This document shows, one piece after another, positions 1 to 12,868 of a stretch of 64,000 bases of DNA (position 1 is the stretch's first letter; each line of letters opens with the position of its first letter). Location of the stretch: the NCBI RefSeq assembly GCF_058153355.1, contig NZ_CM177019.1, one strand, 5' to 3'. A program made the translations under genes and the position numbers. The notes below the pieces were generated by a model, which was not told the origin of the DNA, made no database searches, and was given only the letters and a program-made list of their open reading frames with translations.

Positions 1-164
1 TCAATGATCGCCTGCTCATCGGGGATTAAGCGGGTTTCCAGTTCAAACGGCGTGGTTAGCGCCGATGTCAGCCATTCTTCCAGCGCAGGGATGCCTTTAT
101 CCTGATAAACGCCGCTGGATGCGCGATCAGAGATGGAAACTAAGCCAATACGTAAAGTATTCAT
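1..164 (-). CDS. mog: Molybdopterin adenylyltransferase Mog, N-terminal fragment (gene runs off window start)
   Basis: Reverse complement translates MNTLRIGLVSISDRASSGVYQDKGIPALEEWL..., start codon at 162-164; position downstream of talB as in K-12. Confidence 0.8.
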   Translation of the reverse strand, partial: MNTLRIGLVSISDRASSGVYQDKGIPALEEWLTSALTTPFELETRLIPDEQAII

Positions 165-278
165 CAAGATTTTTCCGTTTAAACAGTCTCGTTAAACAGA
201 ATGATACACTGCGAAGGGAGTGACAGACAGGCTTCAGAAGAGGTAGCGTGACCGACTTCCCGGTCACGCTAAGAATGA

Positions 279-1232
279 TTACAGCAGATCGCCGATCATT
301 TTTTCCAGTTTTTCCTGGTCAACAGCAAACTTACGGATACCTTCTGCCAGTTTATCTACTGCCATTGGATCCTGGTTGTGCTGCCACAGGAACTCGGACT
401 CAGTGATACGCGCCGGACGCGCTTTCACTTCGCCGGTGTAAGACAGTTTACGCTCGATAGCCCCTTCGCTCTCAGCCAGCTCTTTCAGCAGTGCCGGTGC
501 GATGGTCAGACGGTCGCAGCCTGCCAGTTCCAGAATTTCGCCGATGTTACGGAAGCTTGCGCCCATAACCACGGTTTCATAACCGTGCTCTTTGTAGTAC
601 TGGTAGATTTCAGATACAGAAACCACACCCGGATCTTCTGCCGGAGCGTACTCTTTCTTATCGGTATTCGCTTTGTACCAGTCAAGAATACGGCCAACAA
701 ACGGCGAGATCAGGAACACGCCCGCTTCCGCACAAGCACGAGCCTGAGCGAAGGAGAACAACAGGGTCAGGTTACAGTTGATACCTTCTTTTTCCAGCTG
801 TTCTGCAGCACGGATACCCTGCCAGGTAGAAGCCAGTTTGATCAGAATACGATCGTTGCTAATACCTGCATCGTTGTAGAGTTTGATCAGGCGTTTTGCT
901 TTCGCAATTGACGCTTCGGTGTCATAGGAAAGACGCGCATCAACCTCAGTTGAGATACGGCCCGGAACCAGTTTCAGGATTTCCAGACCAATATTTACTG
1001 CCAGTTTGTCGGTCGCGTCCACGATCTGCTGCGCGCGATCGTTGCTCTGCTGTTTCGCCCAGGCGACAGCATCATCAATCAACTTACGATATTCCGGAAT
1101 CTGCGCTGCGTTAAGAATGAGAGAAGGGTTAGTTGTGGCATCCTGCGGTTGATACAGCTTCATTGCCGCGATGTCCCCAGTGTCGGCCACTACGGTGGTG
1201 TACTGACGAAGGGAGGTCAATTTGTCCGTCAT
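279..1232 (-). CDS. talB: Transaldolase B
   Basis: ORF 279..1295; product begins [24 protein letters not shown] at the internal Met (317 aa), matching TalB. Confidence 0.95.
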
Positions 1233-1510
1233 GATAGTATTTCTCTTTAAACAGCTTGTTAGGGGGATGTAACCGGTCTGCCCTGATGATATCACGACGC
1301 AACGTCAGCGCAACCGCCGACAAGACGGTTATCGCCTGGCGAGACTGTTTCGGATTTCTGACACTGCGTTGATATCGCCCGCCATTTTTATACAAAACCT
1401 CATGTATGCTACGCAGAAGTTATCAAGTACCTCGTAGCGTATATACTTCTTAAACAATTGGTAACGTTTACACAGGAAAGTCATCGCGACCGGCAATAAG
1501 AGGGATATGC

Positions 1511-2941
1511 ATGCCAGATTTTTTCTCCTTTATTAACAGCGTCCTTTGGGGATCGGTAATGATTTACCTGCTCTTCGGCGCAGGTTGTTGGTTCACTTTT
1601 CGCACCGGTTTTGTGCAGTTTCGCTACATCCGCCAGTTTGGCAAAAGTCTTAAAAATAGCATTCATCCACAGCCAGGCGGTTTAACCTCATTTCAGTCAT
1701 TGTGTACCAGTCTTGCGGCGCGCGTGGGTAGCGGTAACCTGGCTGGCGTTGCACTGGCTATTACCGCCGGTGGACCAGGTGCCGTCTTCTGGATGTGGGT
1801 TGCCGCGTTTATCGGCATGGCGACCTCGTTTGCCGAATGTTCCCTTGCACAACTTTATAAAGAACGTGACGTTAATGGGCAGTTTCGTGGCGGACCGGCA
1901 TGGTATATGGCGCGCGGGCTGGGGATGCGCTGGATGGGCGTTCTGTTCGCCCTCTTTTTGCTCATCGCCTACGGCATAATTTTCAGCGGAGTTCAGGCGA
2001 ACGCCGTTGCCCGCGCTCTGAGTTTTTCTTTCGATTTCCCTCCGCTGGTGACAGGTATTATTCTCGCTGTCTTTGCTCTGCTGGCGATTACTCGCGGTCT
2101 TCATGGCGTCGCCCGGCTCATGCAGTGGTTTGTCCCGTTGATGGCGTTAATCTGGGTACTGACCAGTCTGGTGATTTGCGTAATGAATATCGGGCAACTT
2201 CCCCACGTCATTTGGTCTATTTTTGAGAGTGCTTTTGGCTGGCAGGAAGCGGCAGGCGGCGCGGCGGGATATACCTTAAGCCAGGCGATTACTAACGGTT
2301 TTCAGCGCAGTATGTTTTCCAATGAGGCAGGAATGGGTTCGACGCCAAACGCGGCAGCGGCAGCTGCGTCCTGGCCTCCGCATCCCGCAGCGCAAGGGAT
2401 TGTCCAGATGATTGGCATTTTTATCGACACCCTGGTCATCTGTACGGCAAGCGCCATGCTGATATTACTGGCTGGCAACGGCACAACCTACATGCCACTG
2501 GAAGGTATTCAGCTTATCCAGAAGGCGATGCGGGTGTTAATGGGTTCCTGGGGTGCGGAGTTTGTTACCCTCGTGGTTATTCTGTTTGCCTTCAGCTCCA
2601 TCGTTGCCAACTACATTTATGCCGAAAACAATCTCTTCTTCTTACGCCTGAACAACCCTAAAGCGATCTGGTGTCTGCGAATCTGCACCTTCGCAACGGT
2701 CATCGGCGGCACCTTGCTAAGTCTTCCGCTGATGTGGCAACTGGCAGATATCATAATGGCCTGCATGGCTATTACCAATTTGACCGCCATATTACTGCTC
2801 TCGCCTGTGGTTCATACCATTGCCAGTGATTATCTACGCCAGCGTAAACTCGGCGTGCGCCCGGTGTTTGATCCGTTGCGTTATCCGGATATTGGTCGCC
2901 AGCTTTCTCCGGACGCGTGGGATGATGTTTCGCAGGAGTAA
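1511..2941 (+). CDS. yaaJ: Sodium:alanine symporter family transporter
   Basis: 476-aa polytopic membrane ORF; synteny between talB and yaaA. Confidence 0.9.
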   Translation: MPDFFSFINSVLWGSVMIYLLFGAGCWFTFRTGFVQFRYIRQFGKSLKNSIHPQPGGLTSFQSLCTSLAARVGSGNLAGVALAITAGGPGAVFWMWVAAFIGMATSFAECSLAQLYKERDVNGQFRGGPAWYMARGLGMRWMGVLFALFLLIAYGIIFSGVQANAVARALSFSFDFPPLVTGIILAVFALLAITRGLHGVARLMQWFVPLMALIWVLTSLVICVMNIGQLPHVIWSIFESAFGWQEAAGGAAGYTLSQAITNGFQRSMFSNEAGMGSTPNAAAAAASWPPHPAAQGIVQMIGIFIDTLVICTASAMLILLAGNGTTYMPLEGIQLIQKAMRVLMGSWGAEFVTLVVILFAFSSIVANYIYAENNLFFLRLNNPKAIWCLRICTFATVIGGTLLSLPLMWQLADIIMACMAITNLTAILLLSPVVHTIASDYLRQRKLGVRPVFDPLRYPDIGRQLSPDAWDDVSQE

Positions 2942-3010
2942 TCACAACTATCGATCAACTCATTCTCTTTTTTTGCTAAAGTCGGCATAAATTTCCTGCA
3001 AGGACTGGAT

Positions 3011-3787
3011 ATGCTGATTCTTATTTCACCTGCGAAAACGCTCGATTACCAAAGCCCGTTGCCCACCACGCGCTATACGCTGCCGGAGCTGTTAGACAAC
3101 TCCCAGCAGCTGATCCATGAAGCGCGGAAACTGACGCCTCCGCAGATTAGCACCCTGATGCGCATCAGCGACAAACTGGCGGGCATCAACGCCGCTCGCT
3201 TTCATGACTGGCAGCCAGATTTCACGCCAGAGAATGCCCGACAGGCGATTCTGGCATTTAAAGGTGATGTCTATACTGGCTTGCAGGCCGAAACCTTCAG
3301 CGAAGACGATTTTGATTTTGCCCAACAGCATTTGCGAATGCTTTCCGGCTTGTATGGCGTACTGCGCCCGCTCGATTTAATGCAGCCTTATCGTCTGGAA
3401 ATGGGGATCCGTCTTGAGAATGCCCGAGGGAAAGATCTGTATCAATTCTGGGGAGATATCATCACCAACAAGCTGAACGAGGCGCTCGCAGCACAAGGCG
3501 ATAATGTGGTGATTAATTTGGCGTCAGATGAGTATTTTAAATCGGTGAAGCCGAAGAAATTGAATGCCGAGATTATCAAGCCAGTGTTCCTCGATGAGAA
3601 GAACGGCAAATTTAAGATAATCAGCTTCTACGCTAAGAAAGCACGCGGTCTGATGAGTCGTTTCATTATTGAAAATCGGCTGACCAAACCAGAGCAACTG
3701 ACTGGTTTTAATAGCGAAGGTTACTTCTTTGATGAAGCTTCCTCCAGTGATGGGGAACTGGTGTTTAAACGCTACGAGCAGCGTTAA
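3011..3787 (+). CDS. yaaA: Peroxide stress protein YaaA (UPF0246)
   Basis: 258-aa [19 protein letters not shown]...; synteny. Confidence 0.9.
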   Translation: MLILISPAKTLDYQSPLPTTRYTLPELLDNSQQLIHEARKLTPPQISTLMRISDKLAGINAARFHDWQPDFTPENARQAILAFKGDVYTGLQAETFSEDDFDFAQQHLRMLSGLYGVLRPLDLMQPYRLEMGIRLENARGKDLYQFWGDIITNKLNEALAAQGDNVVINLASDEYFKSVKPKKLNAEIIKPVFLDEKNGKFKIISFYAKKARGLMSRFIIENRLTKPEQLTGFNSEGYFFDEASSSDGELVFKRYEQR

Positions 3788-3799
3788 GTTTGCATAAAT

Positions 3800-3833
3800 G
3801 CCGGATGCGGCGTGAACGCCTTATCCGGCCTAC
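3800..3833. repeat. REP (repetitive extragenic palindromic) element
   Basis: gccggatgcggcgtgaacgccttatccggcctac, classic REP palindrome. Confidence 0.8.
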
Positions 3834-3928
3834 AAAAGCATGCAGATTCAATATATTGCAGAATTAACGTAGATACTGTTATGGCCTGCAAGTTTTTTTC
3901 TACCCCGGTTTCCCAGATTGCAGGCATG

Positions 3929-5212
<1,284 letters not shown>

Positions 5213-5218
5213 TGTCAT

Positions 5219-5515
5219 TTAGCGGTGATGTTTGCCTGGACCATGACCGCCGTGATGATCATGAGGAGCTTTCTTATGGTGGCGCGGCGGTGGCGGCGGT
5301 CCGTGTGGGTGCCAGCGATTGCCTCGCCATTCATAATGTTGTTTCCACCAGCCGTGGTCGCGCCAGTGACCGCCATCCCAGTAATAGCCACGATTATCAC
5401 GATCGCCTATCTGTAATTTTACTGACGGGACTAACGTAATTTCCGCAGCCTGTGCTGCCATGGGAGCGACCAGAACCAGGGAAAGTGCGAGTACGATAGA
5501 TTGCATCTTTTTCAC
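5219..5515 (-). CDS. yaaX: DUF2502 secreted His/Gly/Trp-rich protein YaaX
   Basis: 98-aa ORF with signal peptide [23 protein letters not shown]; synteny next to thrC. Confidence 0.85.
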   Translation of the reverse strand: MKKMQSIVLALSLVLVAPMAAQAAEITLVPSVKLQIGDRDNRGYYWDGGHWRDHGWWKQHYEWRGNRWHPHGPPPPPRHHKKAPHDHHGGHGPGKHHR

Positions 5516-5728
5516 AGGTTACTCCTTTTATCATTGCCCGTTATGGGTCGATATCCGGAGATTACGCGATGAGAACGGCGGTTGTTATTCTCCGCAATCC
5601 TAATCTCTAAGTTACCGCATTTATTGAGAATTTCTCCTTTTTTCCTGTCGTTTTTCTCCATATTTTCTTCATAAAAAAGCCGGGCTGTATAAAAGCAAAC
5701 CCGGCCTGATTGAGATAATGAATAGATG

Positions 5729-7015
5729 TTACTGATGATTCATCATCAATTTACGCAACGCAGCAAAATCGGCGGGCAGATTATGCGAAAGCAAGGGTAA
5801 ATCAGCACGTTCTGCCAGCTCTTTTGGCAGATCCAATGTTTCACCGAGAATCGCTTCCACGCTCTCTTTAAATTTCGCCGGATGCGCGGTGCCGAGGAAC
5901 AAGCCATATTCGCCTGGATGCAACTGGTCACGCAGCGCACGATAAGCTACGGCAGCGTGCGGCTCCGAGGTATAGCCCAGTTCTTTTAACTCACGCATTG
6001 TCTGTTGCGTGGTTTCATCATCTACGGCTGCATAACCCAGCTCTTTCAGTTGCCAGATTTTGCGGCGGAACAACTCTTCCACACGCGGCCAGTTGTTCGG
6101 TTGACTCACGTCCATCGCATTGGATAATGTCGCCTGAGTCGCTTTAGGGGACCACTGCCCGTCGTGCAGGAAACGCGGCACGGTATCGTTCACGTTAGTG
6201 GCAGCGATAAAACGCTTCACCGGCAGGCCAAGAGATTTCGCCAGCAGGCCCGCAGTCAAATCGCCGAAGTTACCGCTCGGCACCGAGACAACCAGCTGGT
6301 TGCGCGCTTCCTGCGGCAGCTGCGCAACAGCTTCAAAGTAGTAGCAAATCTGCGCCAGCAAACGGCTGATGTTAATGGAGTTAGCAGAGTTTAGCCCCAG
6401 CGCCACTTTCAGTTCTTCATCATCAAACGCCTGCTTCACCAGCGCCTGACAGGCATCGAAATCGCCGTCGATGGCAACAGTTTCAATATTGCCGCCCAAT
6501 GTACAGAACAGTTTTTCTTGCAGTGGACTGATTTTGCCTCTTGGATAGAGGATAACCACTTTCACATTCGGTAAACCGTAGAAAGCATGAGCCACTGCCG
6601 CTCCAGTATCACCGGAGGTCGCGGTCAGAATGGTCACTGGCTTATCGCCCGCAATATGGGTCAGCATTTGTGCCATAAAGCGACCGCCGAAATCTTTAAA
6701 TGCCAGCGTTGGCCCGTGAAACAATTCCAGACAACCGACATCGCTTTCTACATTGGCGACCGGAGCCGGGAAGGCAAACGCCGCGCGCACGCGCTCTTCC
6801 AGTATTTCCTGCGGGATCTCATCACCAATAAACGCCGAGAGGATCTTCGCACTGCGGGTGACAAAATCCAGTTTCAGCATCTCATCAATTTCAGTCAGGC
6901 TGAATTCCGGCAGGTCGTGCGGGAAAAACAGCCCCTGATTTTTGCCCAACCCCTGGGTTACGGCTTGCGCAAAGCTGACCTGCTCATTGTGATCTTTCAG
7001 ATTGTAGAGTTTCAT
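5729..7015 (-). CDS. thrC: Threonine synthase
   Basis: 428-aa ORF MKLYNLKDHNEQVSFAQAV...; thr operon order. Confidence 0.97.
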   Translation of the reverse strand: MKLYNLKDHNEQVSFAQAVTQGLGKNQGLFFPHDLPEFSLTEIDEMLKLDFVTRSAKILSAFIGDEIPQEILEERVRAAFAFPAPVANVESDVGCLELFHGPTLAFKDFGGRFMAQMLTHIAGDKPVTILTATSGDTGAAVAHAFYGLPNVKVVILYPRGKISPLQEKLFCTLGGNIETVAIDGDFDACQALVKQAFDDEELKVALGLNSANSINISRLLAQICYYFEAVAQLPQEARNQLVVSVPSGNFGDLTAGLLAKSLGLPVKRFIAATNVNDTVPRFLHDGQWSPKATQATLSNAMDVSQPNNWPRVEELFRRKIWQLKELGYAAVDDETTQQTMRELKELGYTSEPHAAVAYRALRDQLHPGEYGLFLGTAHPAKFKESVEAILGETLDLPKELAERADLPLLSHNLPADFAALRKLMMNHQ

Positions 7016-7948
7016 TTAGTTTTCCAGTACTCGTGCGCCCGCCGTATCCAGCCGGCAAATATGAACAAAACCTTCCTGATTTTGCAGGTAGTTCTTACCC
7101 AACCAGTCGGCAACGCGCTGGGCGGTATCCGGCTTGTCACACAGAGCGAACAAAGTCGGGCCGGAGCCGGAGATACCGCTCGCTACCGCGCCGATTTCCG
7201 CGACCGCCTGCCGCGCCTGCCGGAAGCCTGGCAGTAACCGTTCACGGTAGGGTTCAGCGATAACATCTTTCATCAGCTTCGCGGCAAGCTCAGGCTGACG
7301 GGAATAGCAGGCGTGAATGAAGCCTGCCAGATGTCGCCCGTGCGCAATGCAATCCTGGCGGCGATACTGCGCCGGTAAAATCGCCCTGGCTTCTGCCGTC
7401 GAGACTTTAATCCCCGGATATGCCAGCACCCACAGCCACTCATCAAACCCAGGCACTTGCTGGCTGATGATGTCGTTTTCTTCGATCATCAACTGCATAC
7501 CACCAAGAAAACACGGTGCCACGTTGTCGTAATGAATGCTGCCGGAGATACGCCCTTCCAGCTCGCCCATCAAAGCCAGCAAACGGGTGTCATTAAGCGG
7601 CTTGCCGCAATGTTCATTCATCGCCATCAGCGCCGCCACCACCGAACAAGCGCTGGATCCTAAACCCGAACCGATCGGCATATTCTTTTCCAGCGTCATT
7701 GCCACTGGAATTTGCTTGCCCAGCTCCTGGCAAAAACGCTCCCAGCACTGATAAACGATATTTTCCCTTGGTTCTGACGGCAGCTTATCGGCAAAGCGTC
7801 CGAGATTGTTGAGACTGAATGTCTCTGCCGCCTCAACCGTTACTACATCTCCGAGCAATGCACCATCAACAGGTGTCACCGCCGCCCCGAGCACATCAAA
7901 CCCGACGCTCATATTGGCACTGGAAGCCGGGGCATAAACTTTAACCAT
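7016..7948 (-). CDS. thrB: Homoserine kinase
   Basis: 310-aa [27 protein letters not shown]... Confidence 0.97.
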
Positions 7949-7949
7949 G

Positions 7950-10412
7950 TCAGACTCCTAACTTCCATGAGAGGGTACGTAGCAGATCGGCAAAGACACC
8001 AGCAGCTGTAACGTCATTGCCCGCGCCATATCCGCGCAGAACCAACGGCAGCGGCTGATAATAGTGGCTATAGAAGGCCAGGGCGTTTTCGCCATTTTTC
8101 ACTTTGAACAGCGGATCATTGCCATCCACTTCGGCAATCTTCACGCGGCAGATGCCATCTTCATCAATATTGCCAACATAGCGCAAAACTTTGCCCTCAT
8201 CACGAGCCTTCGCCACGCGTGCGGCAAAGAGATCGTCGAGCTGTGACAGATTCGCCATAAAAGCTGCAACATCACCCTCTGCGTTAAACTCTGCGGGCAG
8301 CACAGGTTCAATTTCAATATCCGCCAGTTCCAGTTCACGTCCCGTTTCACGGGCGAGAATCAATAGCTTACGCGCCACATCCATACCAGAAAGATCATCT
8401 CGCGGGTCCGGTTCGGTATAACCCATTTCCCGCGCCAGCGTGGTCGCCTCAGAGAAACTCATGCCTTCGTCTAACTTGCCGAAGATATAAGAAAGCGAAC
8501 CGGAAAGAATGCCGGAGAACTTCATTAATTCATCACCTGCGTTGAGCAGATTTTGCAGGTTCTCAATAACCGGTAATCCAGCCCCAACGTTAGTGTCATA
8601 GAGGAATTTACGCCGCGATTTTTCCGCCGCATAACGCAACTGATGGTAGTAATCCATCGACGAGGTGTTGGCCTTTTTGTTTGGCGTAACCACGTGGAAA
8701 CCTTCGCGCAGGAAGTCAGCATACTGATCCGCCACCGCCTGGCTGGAGGTACAGTCGACAATCACCGGATTCAGCAAATGATATTCTTTCACCAGGCGAA
8801 TTAAGCGCCCGAGGTTAAACGGCTCTTTGGCTTGCGCCAGTTCTTCCTGCCAGTTCTCCAGATTAAGGCCATGCACATTGGTGAGCAGAGCCTTTGAGTT
8901 GGCAACGCCGCAGACACGTAAGTCGATATGTTTATTCTTCAGCCAGCTTTGCTGGCGCTTCAGTTGCTCCAGCAGCGCACCGCCAACACCACCGACGCCA
9001 ATCACAAACACTTCGATAACCTGATCGGTATTGAACAGCATCTGGTGGGTAACGCGCACGCCAGTGGTCGCATCATCGTTATTTACCACGACAGAGATTG
9101 AGCGTTCAGAAGATCCCTGAGCAATGGCGACAATGTTGATATTGGCGCGGGCCAGCGCGGCAAAGAATTTCGCCGAGATCCCACGCAAGGTGCGCATACC
9201 ATCACCTACCACCGAGATAATGGCTAGCCGTTCCGTCACCGCCAGCGGCTCCAGCAAGCCTTCCTTCAGTTCAAGATAGAACTCTTCCTGCATCGCCCGT
9301 TCAGCTCGCACACAGTCGCTTTGTGGAACGCAGAAACTGATACTGTATTCAGAAGACGATTGCGTAATCAGCACCACTGAAATGCGAGCGCGTGACATTG
9401 CCGCAAAGACGCGCGCCGCCATGCCGACCATCCCTTTCATTCCCGGACCGGATACGCTAAACATTGCCATGTTATTCAGATTGGAAATGCCCTTGACTGG
9501 TAATTCGTCTTCATCACGGCTGGCGCCAATGAGCGTACCTGGTGCTTGAGGATTTCCGGTGTTTTTAATCAGGCAAGGGATCTGGAACTGAGCGATGGGG
9601 GTAATGGTGCGGGGGTGAAGAACTTTAGCGCCGAAGTAGGAAAGCTCCATCGCTTCCTGATAGGACATCGACTTCAACAACCTCGCATCGGGCACCTGAC
9701 GCGGGTCGCAGGTATAGACCCCGTCAACGTCCGTCCAAATCTCGCAACAATCGGCGCGTAAACAGGCAGCCAGTACCGCGGCGGAGTAGTCGGAACCGTT
9801 ACGTCCAAGCACCACCAGTTCGCCTTTTTCATTACCCGCAGTGAAACCTGCCATCAGCACCATGTGGTCAGCCGGAATGCGGCTTGCCGCAATACGGCGG
9901 GTGGACTCAGCAATATCGACGGTAGATTCGAGGTAATGACCGACTGCCAGCAGTTTTTCGACCGGATCGATTACGGTAACGTTGTGACCACGCGCTTCTA
10001 AAACTCCGGCCATAATGGCGATCGACATTTTCTCGCCACGGCAAATCAGTGCCGCGTTGATGCTATCCGGGCACTGCCCTAACAAACTAATACCATGCAG
10101 GACATGTTTAATTTGGGCAAATTCCTGGTCGACGAAAGTTTTCAGCTGCGCCAGCGGGAATCCCGGCTGGGCGGCGGCGAGTCCCGTCAGAAGTTCGGCA
10201 AAAATACGTTCGGCATCGCTGATATTGGGTAAAGCATCCTGGCCGCTAATCGTTTTTTCAATCATCGCCACCAGGTGGTTGGTGATTTTGGCGGGGGCAG
10301 AGAGGACGGTGGCCACCTGCCCCTGCCTAGCATTGCTTTCCAGAATATCGGCAACCCGCAGAAAACGTTCTGCATTTGCCACTGATGTACCGCCGAACTT
10401 CAACACTCGCAT
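7950..10412 (-). CDS. thrA: Bifunctional aspartokinase I / homoserine dehydrogenase I
   Basis: ORF 7950..10454; true start taken as [18 protein letters not shown] (820 aa). Confidence 0.95.
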
Positions 10413-10437
10413 GGTTGTTACCTCGTTACCTTTGGTC

Positions 10438-10476
10438 GAAAAAAAAGCCCGCACTGTCAGGTGCGGGCTTTTTTCT
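10438..10476 (-). terminator. thr operon attenuator (rho-independent terminator hairpin)
   Basis: GC-rich hairpin gcccgcacctgacagtgcgggc followed by U-run on the minus strand, between thrL and thrA. Confidence 0.8.
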
Positions 10477-10492
10477 GTGTTTCCTGTACGCG

Positions 10493-10561
<69 letters not shown>

Positions 10562-10771
10562 TGTTGTGTACTCTGTAATTTTTATCTGTCTGTGCGCTAT
10601 GCCTATATTGGTTAAAGTATTTAGTGACCTAAGTCAATAAAATTTTAATTTACTCACGGCAGGTAACCAGTTCAGAAGCTGCTGTCAGAGACTCTTTTTT
10701 TAATCCACACAGAGACATATTGCCCGTTGCAGTCAGAATGAAAAGCTGAAAAATACTTACTAAGGCGTTTT

Positions 10772-11458
10772 TTATTTGGTGATATTTTTTTCAATATCAT
10801 GCAGCAAACGATGCAACATTGCCGTGTCTCGTTGCTCTAAAAGCCCCAGCCGTTGTTGTAACCAGTCGACCAGTTTTGTGTCATCTGCCACTGCCAGGGT
10901 CGTCAGCAATGACATGGCTCGTTCGCGTAAAGCTTGCAGTTGATGTTGGTCTGCCGTTGTGTCACTTTTGGCCGGTTGTTGTATTAATGTTGCTAATTGA
11001 TAGCAATAAACCATCACCGCCTGTCCCAGATTCAGCGAAGGATAATCTGCCACCATCGGCACACCAGTAAGAACGTCAGCCAAGGCTAACTCTTCGTTAG
11101 TCAGCCCGGAATCTTCGCGACCAAACACCAGCGCTGCATGGCTCATCCACGAGGATTTTTCCTCTAACAGCGGCACCAGTTCCACCGGCGTGGCGTAGTA
11201 ATGATATTTCGCCCGACTGCGTGCAGTGGTGGCGACAGTGAAGTCGACATCGTGTAACGATTCAGCCAGAGTTGGGAAAACTTTAATATTATCAATAATA
11301 TCACCAGATCCATGTGCGACCCAGCGGGTAGCTGGCTCCAGGTGTGCCTGACTATCGACAATTCGCAGCTCGCTAAACCCCATCGTTTTCATTGCCCGCG
11401 CCGCTGCCCCAATATTTTCTGCTCTGGCGGGTGCGACCAGAATAATCGTTATACGCAT
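10772..11458 (-). CDS. yjtD: SpoU-family tRNA/rRNA methyltransferase YjtD (LasT)
   Basis: 228-aa ORF MRITIILVAPARAENIGAAARAMKTMGF...; synteny. Confidence 0.9.
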   Translation of the reverse strand: MRITIILVAPARAENIGAAARAMKTMGFSELRIVDSQAHLEPATRWVAHGSGDIIDNIKVFPTLAESLHDVDFTVATTARSRAKYHYYATPVELVPLLEEKSSWMSHAALVFGREDSGLTNEELALADVLTGVPMVADYPSLNLGQAVMVYCYQLATLIQQPAKSDTTADQHQLQALRERAMSLLTTLAVADDTKLVDWLQQRLGLLEQRDTAMLHRLLHDIEKNITK

Positions 11459-11857
11459 ATTGCCACTCTTCTTGACCTAATAACCGCGCACAGGGTGATC
11501 ATTGTCAACTTATTACGCGGATCGAATTTACAAACTCTTAACGTAAGTCGCAGAAAAAGCCCTTCACTTAGCTTAAAAAAGACTAAACTATTTCATGACT
11601 GTACTAATGGTTGAATTGTTAAAAAATGCTACATATCCTTCTGTTTACTTAGGATAATTTTATAAAAAATAAATCTCGACAATTGGATTCACCACGTTTA
11701 TTAGTTGTATGATGCAACTAGTTGGATTATTAAAATAATGTGACGAAAGCTAGCATTTAGATACGATGATTTCATCAAACTGTTAACGTGCTACAATTGA
11801 ACTTGATATATGTCAACGAAGCGTAGTTTTATTGGGTGTCCGGCCCCTCTTAGCCTG

Positions 11858-11998
11858 TTATGTTGCTGTTAAAATGGTTAGGATGACAGCCGTTTTTGAC
11901 ACTGTCGGGTCCTGAGGGAAAGTACCCACGACCAAGCTAATGATGTTGTTGACGTTGATGGAAAGTGCATCAAGAACGCAATTACGTACTTTAGTCAT
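11858..11998 (-). CDS. yjjY: Small protein YjjY
   Basis: 46-codon ORF MTKVRNCVLDALSINVNNIISLVVGTFPQDPTVSKTAVILTILTAT (below the ORF-track cutoff), located between yjtD and arcA as in K-12. Confidence 0.6.
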   Translation of the reverse strand: MTKVRNCVLDALSINVNNIISLVVGTFPQDPTVSKTAVILTILTAT

Positions 11999-12093
11999 GT
12001 TACGCCGATCATGTTAATTTGCAGCATGCATCAGGCAGGTCAGGGACTTTTGTACTTCCTGTTTCGATTTAGTTGGCAATTTAGGTAGCAAAC

Positions 12094-12810
12094 ATGCAGA
12101 CCCCGCACATTCTTATCGTTGAAGACGAGTTGGTAACACGCAACACGTTGAAAAGTATTTTCGAAGCGGAAGGCTATGATGTTTTCGAAGCGACAGATGG
12201 CGCGGAAATGCATCAGATCCTCTCTGAATATGACATCAACCTGGTGATCATGGATATCAATCTGCCGGGTAAGAACGGTCTTCTGTTAGCGCGTGAACTG
12301 CGCGAGCAGGCGAATGTTGCGTTGATGTTCCTGACTGGCCGTGACAACGAAGTCGATAAAATTCTCGGCCTCGAAATCGGTGCAGATGATTACATCACCA
12401 AACCGTTCAACCCGCGTGAACTGACTATTCGTGCACGCAACCTGCTGTCTCGTACCATGAATCTGGGTACTGTCAGCGAAGAACGTCGTAGCGTTGAAAG
12501 CTACAAGTTCAATGGTTGGGAACTGGACATCAACAGCCGTTCGCTGATCGGCCCTGATGGCGAGCAGTACAAGCTGCCGCGCAGCGAGTTCCGCGCCATG
12601 CTTCACTTCTGTGAAAACCCAGGCAAAATTCAGTCCCGTGCTGAACTGCTGAAGAAAATGACCGGCCGTGAGCTGAAACCGCACGACCGTACTGTAGACG
12701 TGACGATCCGCCGTATTCGTAAACATTTCGAATCTACGCCGGATACGCCGGAAATCATCGCCACCATTCACGGTGAAGGTTATCGCTTCTGCGGTGATCT
12801 GGAAGATTAA
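12094..12810 (+). CDS. arcA: Aerobic respiration control response regulator ArcA
   Basis: 238-aa [36 protein letters not shown]... Confidence 0.97.
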
Positions 12811-12825
12811 TCGGCTTTACCACCG

Positions 12826-12862
12826 TCAAAAAAACGGCGCTTTTTAGCGCCGTTTTTATTTT
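12826..12862. terminator. Bidirectional rho-independent terminator between arcA and creD
   Basis: aaaaacggcgct ttttagcgccgttttt hairpin flanked by A/T runs on both strands. Confidence 0.6.
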
Positions 12863-12868
12863 TCAACC

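Noticed and set aside
378-911. 177-aa plus-strand ORF inside talB
   Set aside because: Antisense to a well-supported core gene (talB) with no independent signals; typical shadow ORF.
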